Shown here: in pieces, positions 19,776 to 30,514 of the stretch
Position numbering within the stretch: position 1 is the first letter of the stretch
Layout: each line of letters starts with the position of its first letter
Assembly (NCBI GenBank): GCA_963804995.1
Contig: CAWDSK010000002.1
Coordinates: 192,001 to 256,000 of the forward strand
Reading direction: 5' to 3'
Source: an uncultured Acidobacteriota bacterium
GTDB taxonomy: Bacteria; Acidobacteriota; Terriglobia; UBA7540
DNA length: 64,000 nt
Made by a program: the position numbers and the translations under genes
Notes under the pieces: model-generated
What the model saw: the letters and a program-made list of their open reading frames with translations, nothing else
Database searches by the model: none
Told to the model about the DNA's origin: nothing

Positions 19776-20939
19776 ATGACGGGAAAAGAACGCATGATCG
19801 CGGCACTGAAGCACCAGGAGCCTGACCGCGTGCCCATCGGCGAGATGGGGATTGATTACTCGGTCACCGAGCGCGTGTTGGGGCACGAGACGTTTTACCG
19901 CGCCAAGACCAAAGAGCGTCAAGCCATCTGGGCCGGCCGGCGCGATGAGGTGGTGGGCAGCCAGAAACGCGACCTGGTGGATCTGGTCCGGGCGCTCGAA
20001 TGGGATTTCGTCCCCGTGTTTCTGACCTATAGCGATAAGGTGGATTATCGCCCCGCGCGCTTCCTGGACGATCACACCTGGGAAGACGCCGAAGGCAACG
20101 TTTGGCAGGAGTCAGTCGAAATTGGCGATGCCATCTGTACCAAACCCCACGAAGTAACTCAAAGGGATATCGAGCGCCTTCTGACCGAACCGCTGGTCAT
20201 CGACGAGTCGCAATTTGAGTTGGTGCGTTACGTGGTGGAAAAACTGGGACAAACCCATTTCATCATTGGGCGCGGGTGGCATTCGCCGGCGAGTTGGCTG
20301 GACGGCACGTTTCCCGTGCCCGGCGAAGGCTTGAACATGCACATGGACGCCTTCGTGCTGCGCCTGGTGGATGACCCGCAATTCATCTGCGAGTTGCTGG
20401 ATGCTTATACGAAGCGCGCCTTGGAGTACGCCCGTGCCTTGATCGCAGCGGGAGTGGATGCCGTCCAGTTGAATGCCGACTATTCTTACAACGACGGCCC
20501 CTGGGTTTCTCCTTCCCAATTCCGAGAATATATCCAACCGAGGATGAAGCAGCACTGCGACGCCTTTCATCAAGCGGGAGTCTTCGTCCTGAAACACACG
20601 GATGGAAACAGCCTGCGCTTGCTCCCCATGATGATCGAGGCAGGGATGGACGCCCTGCACGGCATTCAACCCTCGTGCGGAATGGGAGTGAAGAAGCTGA
20701 AGGATATGTTTGGAGACCGGATCACGCTCTTTGGCGCCGTCGAATGCGACACGCTCGTCCAGGGTACGCTGCAGCAAGTTGAAAAAGAGGTTGTCGATTG
20801 CTTGCGGGACGGCGCGCCGGGTGGAGGGTTTGTTCTCACCTCCAGCAACTCCATTCAGGCGGGCGCAAAATTCGAGAATTACATGGCCATGCTGGAAGCA
20901 GCCAAGAAGCGCGGACGATATCCGATCGTGGGTGCATGA
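19776..20939 (+). CDS. Uroporphyrinogen decarboxylase-like (UroD/MtaA fold) protein
   Basis: MTGKERMIAALKHQEPDRVP, LKHTDGN, GGGFVLTSSNSI. Confidence 0.8.
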   Translation: MTGKERMIAALKHQEPDRVPIGEMGIDYSVTERVLGHETFYRAKTKERQAIWAGRRDEVVGSQKRDLVDLVRALEWDFVPVFLTYSDKVDYRPARFLDDHTWEDAEGNVWQESVEIGDAICTKPHEVTQRDIERLLTEPLVIDESQFELVRYVVEKLGQTHFIIGRGWHSPASWLDGTFPVPGEGLNMHMDAFVLRLVDDPQFICELLDAYTKRALEYARALIAAGVDAVQLNADYSYNDGPWVSPSQFREYIQPRMKQHCDAFHQAGVFVLKHTDGNSLRLLPMMIEAGMDALHGIQPSCGMGVKKLKDMFGDRITLFGAVECDTLVQGTLQQVEKEVVDCLRDGAPGGGFVLTSSNSIQAGAKFENYMAMLEAAKKRGRYPIVGA

Positions 20940-20983
20940 GGTTTAGCGGTTGGAAGAGCGGGGCTTCAGCCCGGCCGCAGATA

Positions 20984-21090
20984 ACCACCCCGGCGCTCGG
21001 CGCGCCACCCCTCCTGAATCAGGCGGGGAGTTCCTAAGAACGCTCCCCTCCTCAGATGAGGAGGGGTGGCGCTCTGAGCGCCGGGGTGGT
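20984..21090. repeat. Inverted repeat accacccc...cccctcct...aggaggggtgg...ggggtggt
   Basis: Closely related copy at 31412-31522. Confidence 0.7.
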
Positions 21091-21356
21091 GCTGACAAGG
21101 GAATAAATGGGTGGCGTCGGGACCCCTCACCCGCCTGCGGGCCGAAGCTGAAGTTGTTTACTCCTCCCGGGTGCCCCTTCGGTGGGCGTAGGCCCGGCCC
21201 GCTCCGGCTGGTGAAAGCGCCGGCAGCGGGCCACCCTCTCCCCACGGAGAGGGCTAAGTAAATCTTCTTCCGGACAAGAGGGGTAGGGGTGGTTGAGATT
21301 CCCGGTGGTCCGCCTCGGGCAGAGATTAAAGACAGCGATAACTAAGGGGGTTGATC

Positions 21357-23609
21357 ATGGAAAGAAGAGCCTTTCTAAAAAATACAGTTGCGGGCGTGGG
21401 CGTTATTGCCGGATTGAAGACCGTCGACGCGACAGGTGAACCTACGGTAGAGATCGCGGCGACTACCAAGGACTTGATTGTCCCGGCGGACGGTTACGAG
21501 GCCCCCAGTTGGATGCGATACATGCGGGCCATCTATTATGAGGGCTTCACGCCTCCTATGCACCCCCACCTGGATGAGTTCGACGCCGAGCGCCTGGTCA
21601 AAGTCGTGCAGGAATTGGGCGGCGACACCCTGCGCTTTCAGCCGATCGGATTCTGGGCCTACTACCCCACGAAATCGAAGTACCCCATCCATCCGGAACT
21701 CGGCAATCGGGACTTGCTGGCGGAGACAGTGCGCGCCTGTCGCAAAGCCGGCTTGCACATATATTGTTATACGAAGTATGGCAATCCCTTCCTGCAAGCT
21801 AACTATGTGGATGAGCATCCGGAATATCTCGACTGGGTCATGCGAGGCCCGGATGGGAAGCCATCCGTGACGTTCGATAATCTCGGCTGGATGATGTCAC
21901 CGAGGGCGGATGCCACAGGTGACGCGTTTCGCCAAGCCGTTCACCAGATCATAAAAGAATACTGCACCTATGATATCGATGGCGCCTACTTCGATGCGCC
22001 GAGTGGCTTTGAGTACAGCGGGATTTGCTACTGCAATACCTGCCGGAGGAAGTTCAAGGAATATTGCGGCATGGACATGGATCGCCTGCAGAACCGCGAC
22101 GACATGGAAGCTCGCATCGCCTGGTATCAGTGGTTCGATGAGATGGAGCTGGCGGACCTGCTGGAGTTCCGGAAGGTGCTGCACGGCAATGGGAAGTTTA
22201 TGCTCTGCCACAACGGGGCCACTTGGCGCCCATACTCATTGCGTCAGCAGTATCGTATCCCCGACGGATTCATGGTCGAACATCAAGTGCAAATCTATCG
22301 CCGCTTGATGGCGGGACTGATGGGCGCGGCGATGGCTCGCCCCACCAAAAAGCTTCCGCAAATGTACATGGGGGGCTATTGCCTGTCGGATTTCGAGCAG
22401 CCGCCGCAAAGCAATCCCTGGCCGCTTGAAAATACCAGCGAAGAGGACGGCGACGAAGTCCTGATGGAAGGCATCGCGAACCTGGCCTGCGGCGCCGCTC
22501 CCATCTACGCCACGCTCAATCGTTTGTATTACGGCCTGGGAGGCGGAAGCGCCCGGCCCGCTCAGGAAGTTTACGAGGTGATGCAGCGGGTTGAACCGCT
22601 GGTCAAAGATAGTGTGGCGGTTCCCTATGTCTCGGTGGTGCCCTCCTGGGAGGCATTGCAAGTTTGGCGCACTAACCGCCAGGGCTGGAATGTGCAGATG
22701 AGTGAGGGCTTCACACTGGCCATGCTGGATGAGCATTTGAGCTTGGATGTTTGCCCGAGTACGGAGGTAACCGCAAGCTGGCTCGAGGGCCAACGCGTCA
22801 TCGCCCTCTGCGGGGCTTCGGGATTGACCAACGATACGGCCAAGCTCCTTACGGACTGGGTCGAGCGAGGCGGAGGATTGCTTGCCACTTACGACACGGG
22901 CCTCTACGACGAGAACGCCAAGGTGCGGCAGGGCGGGGCTCTGAAAGAAGTCCTGGGAGTTAATTTCAAGGGTGAGGCGCTCCCCACCGAGCCGGAGTGC
23001 TATTACCGCATCAAGGAAACGCACCCGGCGCTGGGGGAATATCATTCCGGGGCGGTCGTGAAGGGTGATGGACGCCTGTTGCCGGTCGAGGCCGTGGGGA
23101 GCGCGAAAGTGTTGGCCGACTGTTGGAATCTGGGCACCAAGGAGTCCCGCGGCCCGGCGATTGTCGTGAATACTTTCGGCAAGGGCCGGACTGTTTACAT
23201 CAGCGGCAGCTTGGAAGCGCATTACACATCCAGCCGAGTGCCTTCGCACCGCCACATCCTTGCCTCCGCCGTTCGCTACCTGGCGGGAGACGCGCCGGCG
23301 CCGTTTACGATTAGCGCTCCGCGTGGCGTGTATGGCGTATTACGGCGCGCGCCGAATGCGGACTTGACGCTTTGGCTCCTCGCCAATGTGGGATTCAAGG
23401 ACGCTGACATCGGACGCATGCGGCAGGAATTCATGCCCGTGTCGAATGTGGAAGTCCGGATGCTGATTCCTGAGGGGCGGCGCGTGAAGGCGGTGCATCT
23501 GGTGCGCTCTCGACGTGAGGCGCCCTTCACGCTCGTGGATGGCTACGCGGTGGTGACGATTCCTGCCGTCCACGTTGCCGAGATTGTTCATCTGGAATTA
23601 GGGTCGTGA
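21357..23609 (+). CDS. Tat-exported glycoside hydrolase-like protein (GHL6/GH42-like barrel plus trimerisation-like domain)
   Basis: ERRAFLK Tat motif, YDIDGAYFD, CYCNTC, GGGLLATYDTGLYDE. Confidence 0.7.
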   Translation: MERRAFLKNTVAGVGVIAGLKTVDATGEPTVEIAATTKDLIVPADGYEAPSWMRYMRAIYYEGFTPPMHPHLDEFDAERLVKVVQELGGDTLRFQPIGFWAYYPTKSKYPIHPELGNRDLLAETVRACRKAGLHIYCYTKYGNPFLQANYVDEHPEYLDWVMRGPDGKPSVTFDNLGWMMSPRADATGDAFRQAVHQIIKEYCTYDIDGAYFDAPSGFEYSGICYCNTCRRKFKEYCGMDMDRLQNRDDMEARIAWYQWFDEMELADLLEFRKVLHGNGKFMLCHNGATWRPYSLRQQYRIPDGFMVEHQVQIYRRLMAGLMGAAMARPTKKLPQMYMGGYCLSDFEQPPQSNPWPLENTSEEDGDEVLMEGIANLACGAAPIYATLNRLYYGLGGGSARPAQEVYEVMQRVEPLVKDSVAVPYVSVVPSWEALQVWRTNRQGWNVQMSEGFTLAMLDEHLSLDVCPSTEVTASWLEGQRVIALCGASGLTNDTAKLLTDWVERGGGLLATYDTGLYDENAKVRQGGALKEVLGVNFKGEALPTEPECYYRIKETHPALGEYHSGAVVKGDGRLLPVEAVGSAKVLADCWNLGTKESRGPAIVVNTFGKGRTVYISGSLEAHYTSSRVPSHRHILASAVRYLAGDAPAPFTISAPRGVYGVLRRAPNADLTLWLLANVGFKDADIGRMRQEFMPVSNVEVRMLIPEGRRVKAVHLVRSRREAPFTLVDGYAVVTIPAVHVAEIVHLELGS

Positions 23610-23613
23610 CGCG

Positions 23614-24858
23614 ATGACTGACCAGCCTCCCAGGTCTGCGAAATCCCTTTCAGGATTCACGTGGGGGATTTGCGTGCTGCTGTTTGTGGGCACGCTCCTG
23701 AACTATCTTGACCGGCAGGTGATGGCGCTCACCGCGGACAAGATCATTGCCGATTTCCACCTGAGCAAAGAGGACCTGGGAGGAATTATCGCCGCCTTCC
23801 GCTACGCGTATGGAATTGGGCATCTGGTGGGCGGCTTTCTGATTGATGCTTACGGACCCCGGTTCGTTTACCCCTCGGCGGGAGCGCTGTGGTCGCTGGG
23901 CGGCATGCTGATGGGCTTTGCCACCACGGCCGGGCTGTTGCGAGGCTTTAACGCCACGCTGGGGGCGGGCGAGGCTTTCAACTTTCCCAGCGCGCTCAAA
24001 GCCACCGCCGCGCTGGTGCCACCGGAAGAACGGCCCTTGGCCAACGGCATCTTCAACAGTGGCGCACCCATCGGGGCGCTGGTGGCCCCCATCATCATTA
24101 CAGTTCTGACCATCTATTACAGTTGGCGAGCGGCCTTTGTGGTAACGGGCGCGCTGGGCTTTTTCTGGGTGGCCGCGTGGTTGTTATACACCCGAGGGTC
24201 AGGCGAAAAGCTTAAGGGAAGCGGATTCGTCTTCAGTGAGGCAGTGCGCGTGGCACGCCACATCATATCCTTGCCGGGTTTTTGGGTGCTGGCGGTCTCC
24301 GCTATCATTATTAATAGCGTGAACTACTACCTGGCTGACTGGGTCCCGCTGTATTTGAAAACCACTCGAGGGTTCAGCTTCGCCCGCGGCAACGTGCTCT
24401 CCATTGCGGTTTATGCCGGCACGTGGCTGGGTTACATTCTGGCCGGGCTCCTCGTGCGCAAATTGATCGGGTGGGGCGTCACGATATCAGCGGCAAAGAA
24501 ATGGACCCTCTGCGTCAGTTGCGTGCTGCTGGGCTCGGCGGTGGCGGCGGGCCTTACTCCGAATCGCTATGTGGCGGTGGGCTGCCTGGCCGTGACGGGG
24601 ATGGGCATGGCCGGCTTCATGGTGATTTACCTGACCCTGGCCCAGGACCTTGACCCCGCCCACGTGGGCGCGACCTCCGGCTTGCTGGGTGGGATGGGCA
24701 ACCTGGTGTACGGTTACATGAGTCCGTACATCGGGAGACTCGCGGACATGAAAGAGTCCTTCCTCACGCTCACCCTGATCGGCTGCCTTCCCTGGCTGGC
24801 GTTTCTTGTGATCTTCTGGGGGATCAAAGAGAAGAAGACCATTGATTCCTTGCCTTGA
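23614..24858 (+). CDS. MFS transporter (ExuT/ACS-like)
   Basis: LLNYLDRQ, LGAGEAFNFP, about 12 TM. Confidence 0.85.
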   Translation: MTDQPPRSAKSLSGFTWGICVLLFVGTLLNYLDRQVMALTADKIIADFHLSKEDLGGIIAAFRYAYGIGHLVGGFLIDAYGPRFVYPSAGALWSLGGMLMGFATTAGLLRGFNATLGAGEAFNFPSALKATAALVPPEERPLANGIFNSGAPIGALVAPIIITVLTIYYSWRAAFVVTGALGFFWVAAWLLYTRGSGEKLKGSGFVFSEAVRVARHIISLPGFWVLAVSAIIINSVNYYLADWVPLYLKTTRGFSFARGNVLSIAVYAGTWLGYILAGLLVRKLIGWGVTISAAKKWTLCVSCVLLGSAVAAGLTPNRYVAVGCLAVTGMGMAGFMVIYLTLAQDLDPAHVGATSGLLGGMGNLVYGYMSPYIGRLADMKESFLTLTLIGCLPWLAFLVIFWGIKEKKTIDSLP

Positions 24859-24915
24859 CCCTGAGGCTGTAGTGGATTACTCTCTGTTCGCCAAATCCAA
24901 TTCCTGGGGGCCAAC

Positions 24916-26295
24916 GTGCTTCGAACTACTGTTACATTCTTGACGCTTGTTTTCCTGGTGCTCTTCCCCGGTTGTAAACAGCCGGAAGTGGCGCCTCCGC
25001 CGCCGGCTCAAGCCACCGCGCCGAAGACGCTCGCGGCGCGTGTGTTCAATTCGGGTTTCGATCTGTCGCATGACAGCTACAACGCCATCAGCCCTGCCAG
25101 TGACGGGAAGATTTACTACGTACTCTCCTCCGAATCCATTGATACGGGGGCACAGGTGTTCTCTTACGATCCCGCCACCGACAAGATCACGCACCTTGCC
25201 GACCTAACCGAAATCTGCGGGGAAAAAGGGTTGAAGGCCATCCCCCAGAACAAGTCGCACGTCGACTTCTGGGAGTCGGACGGCAAACTCTACTTTGCAA
25301 CGCACATCGGCTACTACACCATCCGCAACGGCATGGAAACCATGGGAGTGCCTCCGCCGGGATACAAGCCTTATCCGGGCGGCCACTTCGTCTCCTACGA
25401 TATGAAGACGGGGAAATTTGAGAACTACGTCATGGCGCCCCACGGCGAAGGCATCATTACGATGGGCCTGGATGGAGCGCGTGGGCGGCTTTACGGTATT
25501 ACCTGGCCGACCGGCTATTTCATCCGCTACGATTTGGCGAAGAAAGAGTTGAAGGACCTGGGCCGAACCTCTGCCATGGGAGAGAGCGTTCGCGGCCCGC
25601 AGTATCGCACCCTCTGCCGCTCGCTGGCGGTTGATCCTGCTGATGGCTCGGTTTACTTCACCACCTCTGAGGGCGACATCTTTCGCTATCGATACGATAA
25701 GGATGCCATTGAAAAGGTGGAAGGCGAGAATCTGAAGAAGGATTACTTCGGCGTTTACGATCCGGCTTCGGCAGGGAGCATGGGTTACAACTGGCGCCAA
25801 GTCGTTTGGCACGCCCCCGACAAGATGGTCTATGGAGTGCATGGTAATTCCGGCTACCTTTTCCGCTTTGACCCGAGCCTCCCGCGCGTGGAAGTGCTGG
25901 ACCGGATCACCTCGCTTCCCTCGCAGCGCAGCGGAATATTCGATGAGTTCAGTTACGGCTATCTGGGCTTTGCCCTGGGACCTGACGGTAACACGCTGCA
26001 CTACCTGACCGGCGGGCCCATCTACGTCAATGGCAAGCGCGTGGCCGGGAAGGCAACCACCGCCAAGGGAGAGTCGAAGGGTGAAGAGGACCTGCACCTG
26101 ATTACCTACGATATTCCGACCTTGAAGTATGCCGACCATGGCCCCATCTTCTTTGGTGATGGCCAGCGGCCCTCCTATGTCAATTCGATTGCCGTGGGCA
26201 AGGATGGATCGGTTTACTTCCTGTCGCGGGTTACCGAGAACGGTAAGACGCGCACAGATCTAGTGGCTGTCAAAGGCCCCTTCTTCAGCCAGTAG
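24916..26295 (+). CDS. Putative lipoprotein, beta-propeller-like
   Basis: Lipobox-like LFPGC; repeated DGKIYY/DGSVYF blades. Confidence 0.65.
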   Translation: MLRTTVTFLTLVFLVLFPGCKQPEVAPPPPAQATAPKTLAARVFNSGFDLSHDSYNAISPASDGKIYYVLSSESIDTGAQVFSYDPATDKITHLADLTEICGEKGLKAIPQNKSHVDFWESDGKLYFATHIGYYTIRNGMETMGVPPPGYKPYPGGHFVSYDMKTGKFENYVMAPHGEGIITMGLDGARGRLYGITWPTGYFIRYDLAKKELKDLGRTSAMGESVRGPQYRTLCRSLAVDPADGSVYFTTSEGDIFRYRYDKDAIEKVEGENLKKDYFGVYDPASAGSMGYNWRQVVWHAPDKMVYGVHGNSGYLFRFDPSLPRVEVLDRITSLPSQRSGIFDEFSYGYLGFALGPDGNTLHYLTGGPIYVNGKRVAGKATTAKGESKGEEDLHLITYDIPTLKYADHGPIFFGDGQRPSYVNSIAVGKDGSVYFLSRVTENGKTRTDLVAVKGPFFSQ

Positions 26296-26314
26296 AACCT
26301 CAGGAGGCGCAACA

Positions 26315-27640
26315 ATGAAGAGCAAAGGTTTCACGCGCCGTGAGTTTTTGGAGAAAACCTCTGTGGGGCTCGCCGCGGCAAGCGTGGCGCCTCGGGCCCC
26401 GGCAGTTTCCGGTAATCCCAACGCCCTGGCCTTGAAGGGCGGGACCCCGGTTCGCACCAAGCCCTTTCCCAGTTGGCCTCAGACGAAGGAGATTGACGAA
26501 GCGAATATTCTCAAGGCGTTGCGTAATCACCGCTGGTGCACTTTTGACGGAGAATTCATTCCCAAGTTTGAAAAAGCCTGGGCCGCCGATTTGGGGGTGC
26601 GCGGGGCCGTGATTACGCCTTGCGGCACGCATGCCCTCCACATGGCGTTGGAGCTTTTGGGCGTGGGCCCTGGAGATGAAGTTGTGGTGGCGCCCTTCAC
26701 CTATATCGCGACCATCCAGGCCATCCTGATGTGTCACGCGCTGCCGGTGTTCGCGGACACCGACTTGCGAACCTACCAAATCGACCCGGATGACATCGAA
26801 CATCGGATTACGGAGCATACGCGTGCGATCCTGCCAGTCCATATCAGCGGGGCGCCGCCGCACATGGACAAAATCATGGCGATTGCCGGGAAACATAATC
26901 TCCCGGTGGTGGAAGATGCCTGCCAGGCGCATGTGACGGAGTGGAAGGGGAAACGGGCGGGCACCTTCGGGGCCATCGGCTGTTTCAGTTTTCAGGAATC
27001 CAAGGTGTTGCCGGGCGGGGAGGCCGGGGCGCTGGTCAGCAATCGGCAGGACCTGATCGACCAGGCTTATATCTTCCGCGATTTTGGCTATGATCCGAAG
27101 CACAAAAGCTTTTACACCCGCGGCACCAAGTTCCGGATCTCTGACTTTGCCGCCGCTGTCCTGGTCGCGCAGATGACTCGGTATAAGGATATTTGCCTGC
27201 TTCGAGAGAAGCATTCCGCTTATCTGCGGGAAGGCGCGCGGAAAATTCCGGGGATTACCATCCAGGAGCATTATCCCGAATCGACGCGCCAAACCCATTT
27301 GGACTTTAGTTTTACCTACGACAAGAAACAATTCGCCGGCCTGGGACTGAAACGCGTCATGGATGCGCTGGACGCCGAGGGTATACCGGTAGGCAGCACC
27401 TACCCGGCGCTCAACCGCGAGCCGTTCATTGAGAACACGCTCAACTCGCGGGGCTATCGCGCCATTTATTCCCAGCAGCGCCTGGACCGATACCGCGCCC
27501 AGAATCATTGCCCCCACAATGACGAACTCTGCGCCACCAGCATGGGCATTGACCAGCATGTGCTGCTGGGCGAGAAGAGCGATGTGGACGATATCCTCAC
27601 TGCCATCGCGAAAGTTCAAAAGGGTGCTGCGACATTGTAG
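26315..27640 (+). CDS. DegT/DnrJ/EryC1/StrS aminotransferase with Tat signal
   Basis: TRREFL, VVEDACQAH, FSFQESKVL. Confidence 0.9.
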   Translation: MKSKGFTRREFLEKTSVGLAAASVAPRAPAVSGNPNALALKGGTPVRTKPFPSWPQTKEIDEANILKALRNHRWCTFDGEFIPKFEKAWAADLGVRGAVITPCGTHALHMALELLGVGPGDEVVVAPFTYIATIQAILMCHALPVFADTDLRTYQIDPDDIEHRITEHTRAILPVHISGAPPHMDKIMAIAGKHNLPVVEDACQAHVTEWKGKRAGTFGAIGCFSFQESKVLPGGEAGALVSNRQDLIDQAYIFRDFGYDPKHKSFYTRGTKFRISDFAAAVLVAQMTRYKDICLLREKHSAYLREGARKIPGITIQEHYPESTRQTHLDFSFTYDKKQFAGLGLKRVMDALDAEGIPVGSTYPALNREPFIENTLNSRGYRAIYSQQRLDRYRAQNHCPHNDELCATSMGIDQHVLLGEKSDVDDILTAIAKVQKGAATL

Positions 27641-27671
27641 GGACTCGTATGGACATTCTCAGGAGGGAAAC

Positions 27672-28679
27672 ATGCAATCCTTATTGCCAAGAGTGTGTTG
27701 GAGTTTATTGGGGATCATTGCCCTGATGTTGCCCTATCCACGAAATTGTTTTCCGCAGGCGGGATCAGATAACCCGATCCGCCTGGGGATCATCGGCCTG
27801 GACACGTCTCACGTGGTTGAATTCACCCGGAGATTTAATGACCCCACTGACAAGGAGTATGTTCCCGGCGCCAAGGTGGTTGCCGCTTACAAGGGGGGCA
27901 GCCCGGACCTCGAAGACAGTTGGAGCCGGGTGGATAAGTACACGGCGGAATTGCGTGACAAGTGGAAGGTTGAAATCGTCGATGACATTCCCACTCTCTG
28001 CTCGAAGGTCGATGCGATTATGCTGGAAAGCCTGGATGGCCGGAAACACCTGGAACAGGTGAAGCCGGTTCTGGCGGCCCATAAGATCTTGTTCATCGAC
28101 AAGCCGCTGGCGGCCAATTATCAAGACGCGCGGGAAATCGCCCGGCTCGCCAAAGAAGCCGGAGTGCCCTGGTTTAGCACGTCCTCGCTGCGCTTCTGGG
28201 ATGAAACCGAGCGCCTGAAGAACACTTCCGAATCCGGCGGTATCGTCGGCTGCAGTGTTTACGGGCCTTGCGAACTCGAACCTCACCATGTGGACCTGAC
28301 CTATTACGGGATCCACGCCGTCGAAATTCTTTTCACGATCATGGGCCCCGGGTGCGAGTCCGTGAGCCGGGTGCACACGGCTGATACCGATGAAGTGGTG
28401 GGAAAGTGGAAGGATGGCCGGATCGGAACGATGCGCGGAATTCGCAAGGGTCCCTACAGCTTCGGGATCACCTTGTTCGGTCAAAAAAAGATCCTCAACT
28501 CCGAACCTCATCCCTTCAGCTATCGCCCCATGCTGGTTGAGATCGTAAAGTTCTTCCAGACCCGTGTCCCTCCGGTGAACGCGGATGAAACGCTGGAAAT
28601 GTTCGCGTTTATGGAGGCGGCTGACCTCAGCAAGAATCGCGGCGGCGCCCTGGTGCCCCTCAGCGATGTGACCAAGTAA
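27672..28679 (+). CDS. Gfo/Idh/MocA oxidoreductase with signal peptide
   Basis: IRLGIIGLDTSHV, FIDKPLA, YYGIHAVE; GGAGG RBS before 27672. Confidence 0.85.
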   Translation: MQSLLPRVCWSLLGIIALMLPYPRNCFPQAGSDNPIRLGIIGLDTSHVVEFTRRFNDPTDKEYVPGAKVVAAYKGGSPDLEDSWSRVDKYTAELRDKWKVEIVDDIPTLCSKVDAIMLESLDGRKHLEQVKPVLAAHKILFIDKPLAANYQDAREIARLAKEAGVPWFSTSSLRFWDETERLKNTSESGGIVGCSVYGPCELEPHHVDLTYYGIHAVEILFTIMGPGCESVSRVHTADTDEVVGKWKDGRIGTMRGIRKGPYSFGITLFGQKKILNSEPHPFSYRPMLVEIVKFFQTRVPPVNADETLEMFAFMEAADLSKNRGGALVPLSDVTK

Positions 28680-28721
28680 GTCCGCCCCCAAACGGGAAAG
28701 AAATGATGTGAGGAGGATGGT

Positions 28722-30110
28722 ATGCGCAAATCATTTCTGGTTCGTATTCTAGGGTCTCTGGGTCTCTTGCTGGGGATTTCTGTGTCTTTCGGGGCGCCCA
28801 GCGGACCTCTGCAAGTTGGCGCGGCTCGGGTCGACATCACGCCGGCCCCCGACGCCGCGCTTCCCATGGGGGGGTACGCGGGCCGTACGCAGGGATTCCA
28901 GCGGATTCACGACCACATTTATGTGCGCGCCATCGTGCTCAGCGACGGCACCCATCAGGCCGCGCTGCTGGAGTGGGAGCTCATTTTCATGCCCACCAAG
29001 GTTTGGGAAGAGCTTTCGCAACGGGTCTCGAAAGAGCTGGGCATCCCGGCGGAGAATGTTATTTACGCGGGAGTCCATGACCACAGCGCCCCGACTCTCG
29101 CGGGGATGTTCGGAGGACCGCCGCCCCCGGGCGCTCCTCCCAGAACTCCCCCTTCACCCGGCACCATTGCTTATACGGCCAAAGTGGAGAATGACGCGTT
29201 TGAGGCCCTGCGCCAAGCCAAGGCAAATCTTCGGCCGGCGCAGGTGGGATTCGGAACCGGCATGGCCTACGTGAACATGAATCGCCGGGAGCCCTTTCCC
29301 AAGGAAGGGTGGTGGTGGCTGGGCTACAATCCGGAGGGACCCTCCGATAAGACCGTGGCGGTTCTCAAGTTTACCGATCTCTCGGGCAAGCCCATCGCTC
29401 TGTTCATCAACTATCCTGTGCATGCTGTGGTGATGGGTGGGGATAACCTCGCGGTTACGGGCGATCTGGCGGGCGCGACGTCTCGTTACGTCGAGCAGTA
29501 TTACCAGGGCAAGATCGCGACGCGCTCCGATGCGGGATGGGATTTGGGACTTCGCCCGGAGGAGAAAGTTGAGGGCGACGGAGTGGTGGCTCTTTGGACG
29601 AGTGGCGCGGCGGGCGATCAGAACCCTGTATCCATGGACATGGGAGAAGACTTCACCATGGTGGATGCTCTGGGGAAGATCCTGGGAGAAGAGTCCGTGC
29701 GCGTGGCCAACAACATTACCGTGATGGCCTCGCAAGCGCGCATCGAGGGCTCGCAGCGTGTGATTACTTGTCCGGGGCGGCGCTTAGCTCCGGGACCCAG
29801 GCCGCGCGCCGAATACACCTTCGAGGATGCCGACCCGGTTAACATCCGCATCAGCCTGCTGCGGCTCAACGATATGGCTCTCACCGGAGTGTCCGGTGAA
29901 GTCTTCACGCGCATCTACCAACACCTGAAGAAAGAGTCGCCACTCAATGCCACGCTCATGGTGACTCACGCTAACGGGACCAGCGGATACATTCCGAGTG
30001 ACGACGCGTTTGAACCGATCAGTTATGAAGTCACAACCTCTCGTCTCAAACCGGGCTGCGCGGAATCCGGAATCGTGAACGGGCTTTTGGAGATGATGGG
30101 ATCGAAGTAA
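28722..30110 (+). CDS. Neutral/alkaline ceramidase-like secreted amidohydrolase
   Basis: GAARVDITP, HDHSAP, NYPVHA, GAAGDQNP. Confidence 0.75.
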   Translation: MRKSFLVRILGSLGLLLGISVSFGAPSGPLQVGAARVDITPAPDAALPMGGYAGRTQGFQRIHDHIYVRAIVLSDGTHQAALLEWELIFMPTKVWEELSQRVSKELGIPAENVIYAGVHDHSAPTLAGMFGGPPPPGAPPRTPPSPGTIAYTAKVENDAFEALRQAKANLRPAQVGFGTGMAYVNMNRREPFPKEGWWWLGYNPEGPSDKTVAVLKFTDLSGKPIALFINYPVHAVVMGGDNLAVTGDLAGATSRYVEQYYQGKIATRSDAGWDLGLRPEEKVEGDGVVALWTSGAAGDQNPVSMDMGEDFTMVDALGKILGEESVRVANNITVMASQARIEGSQRVITCPGRRLAPGPRPRAEYTFEDADPVNIRISLLRLNDMALTGVSGEVFTRIYQHLKKESPLNATLMVTHANGTSGYIPSDDAFEPISYEVTTSRLKPGCAESGIVNGLLEMMGSK

Positions 30111-30514
30111 GTGTCGTGAGTTCGACGGCCGAATCTTAGCGGCGTGCCCAGGCCTGACACTTTTTGGCGATGCGTCTAAATCTTTTCCCCCGGCGTATTT
30201 TGTGTCCCAGACCCTCGTCTTTTGGTGGGACAACGCCCGCTACGCCCCGCGGAGAGCAACATCTGGGACAAACGTGTCCCACCTAGCCGCCTCGGAATTG
30301 GAGGGATGTCCCAGCTACCTGCCCCCCGCTTGCATCCTCTGTCTTGCGTTCTAGCCCTCAGTCTTGGCCATTCGCAGGTTATCCACCTCACGTCCTGATT
30401 GACACCGCAACCAAAGGAATGTTATACGACGCGTCAACGGTATTTTCAGCGTTGAGGGTTAACGCCGGGCTGCCGAATTGAATGGCACCAGATTCCTCGC
30501 TTGAGGGGGTAGCT

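Noticed and set aside
20943..21261. ORFs spanning intergenic repeats (also 17850-18098, 31331-31846, 42082-42376)
   Set aside because: They are translations of palindromic repeats, with no RBS or domain support.
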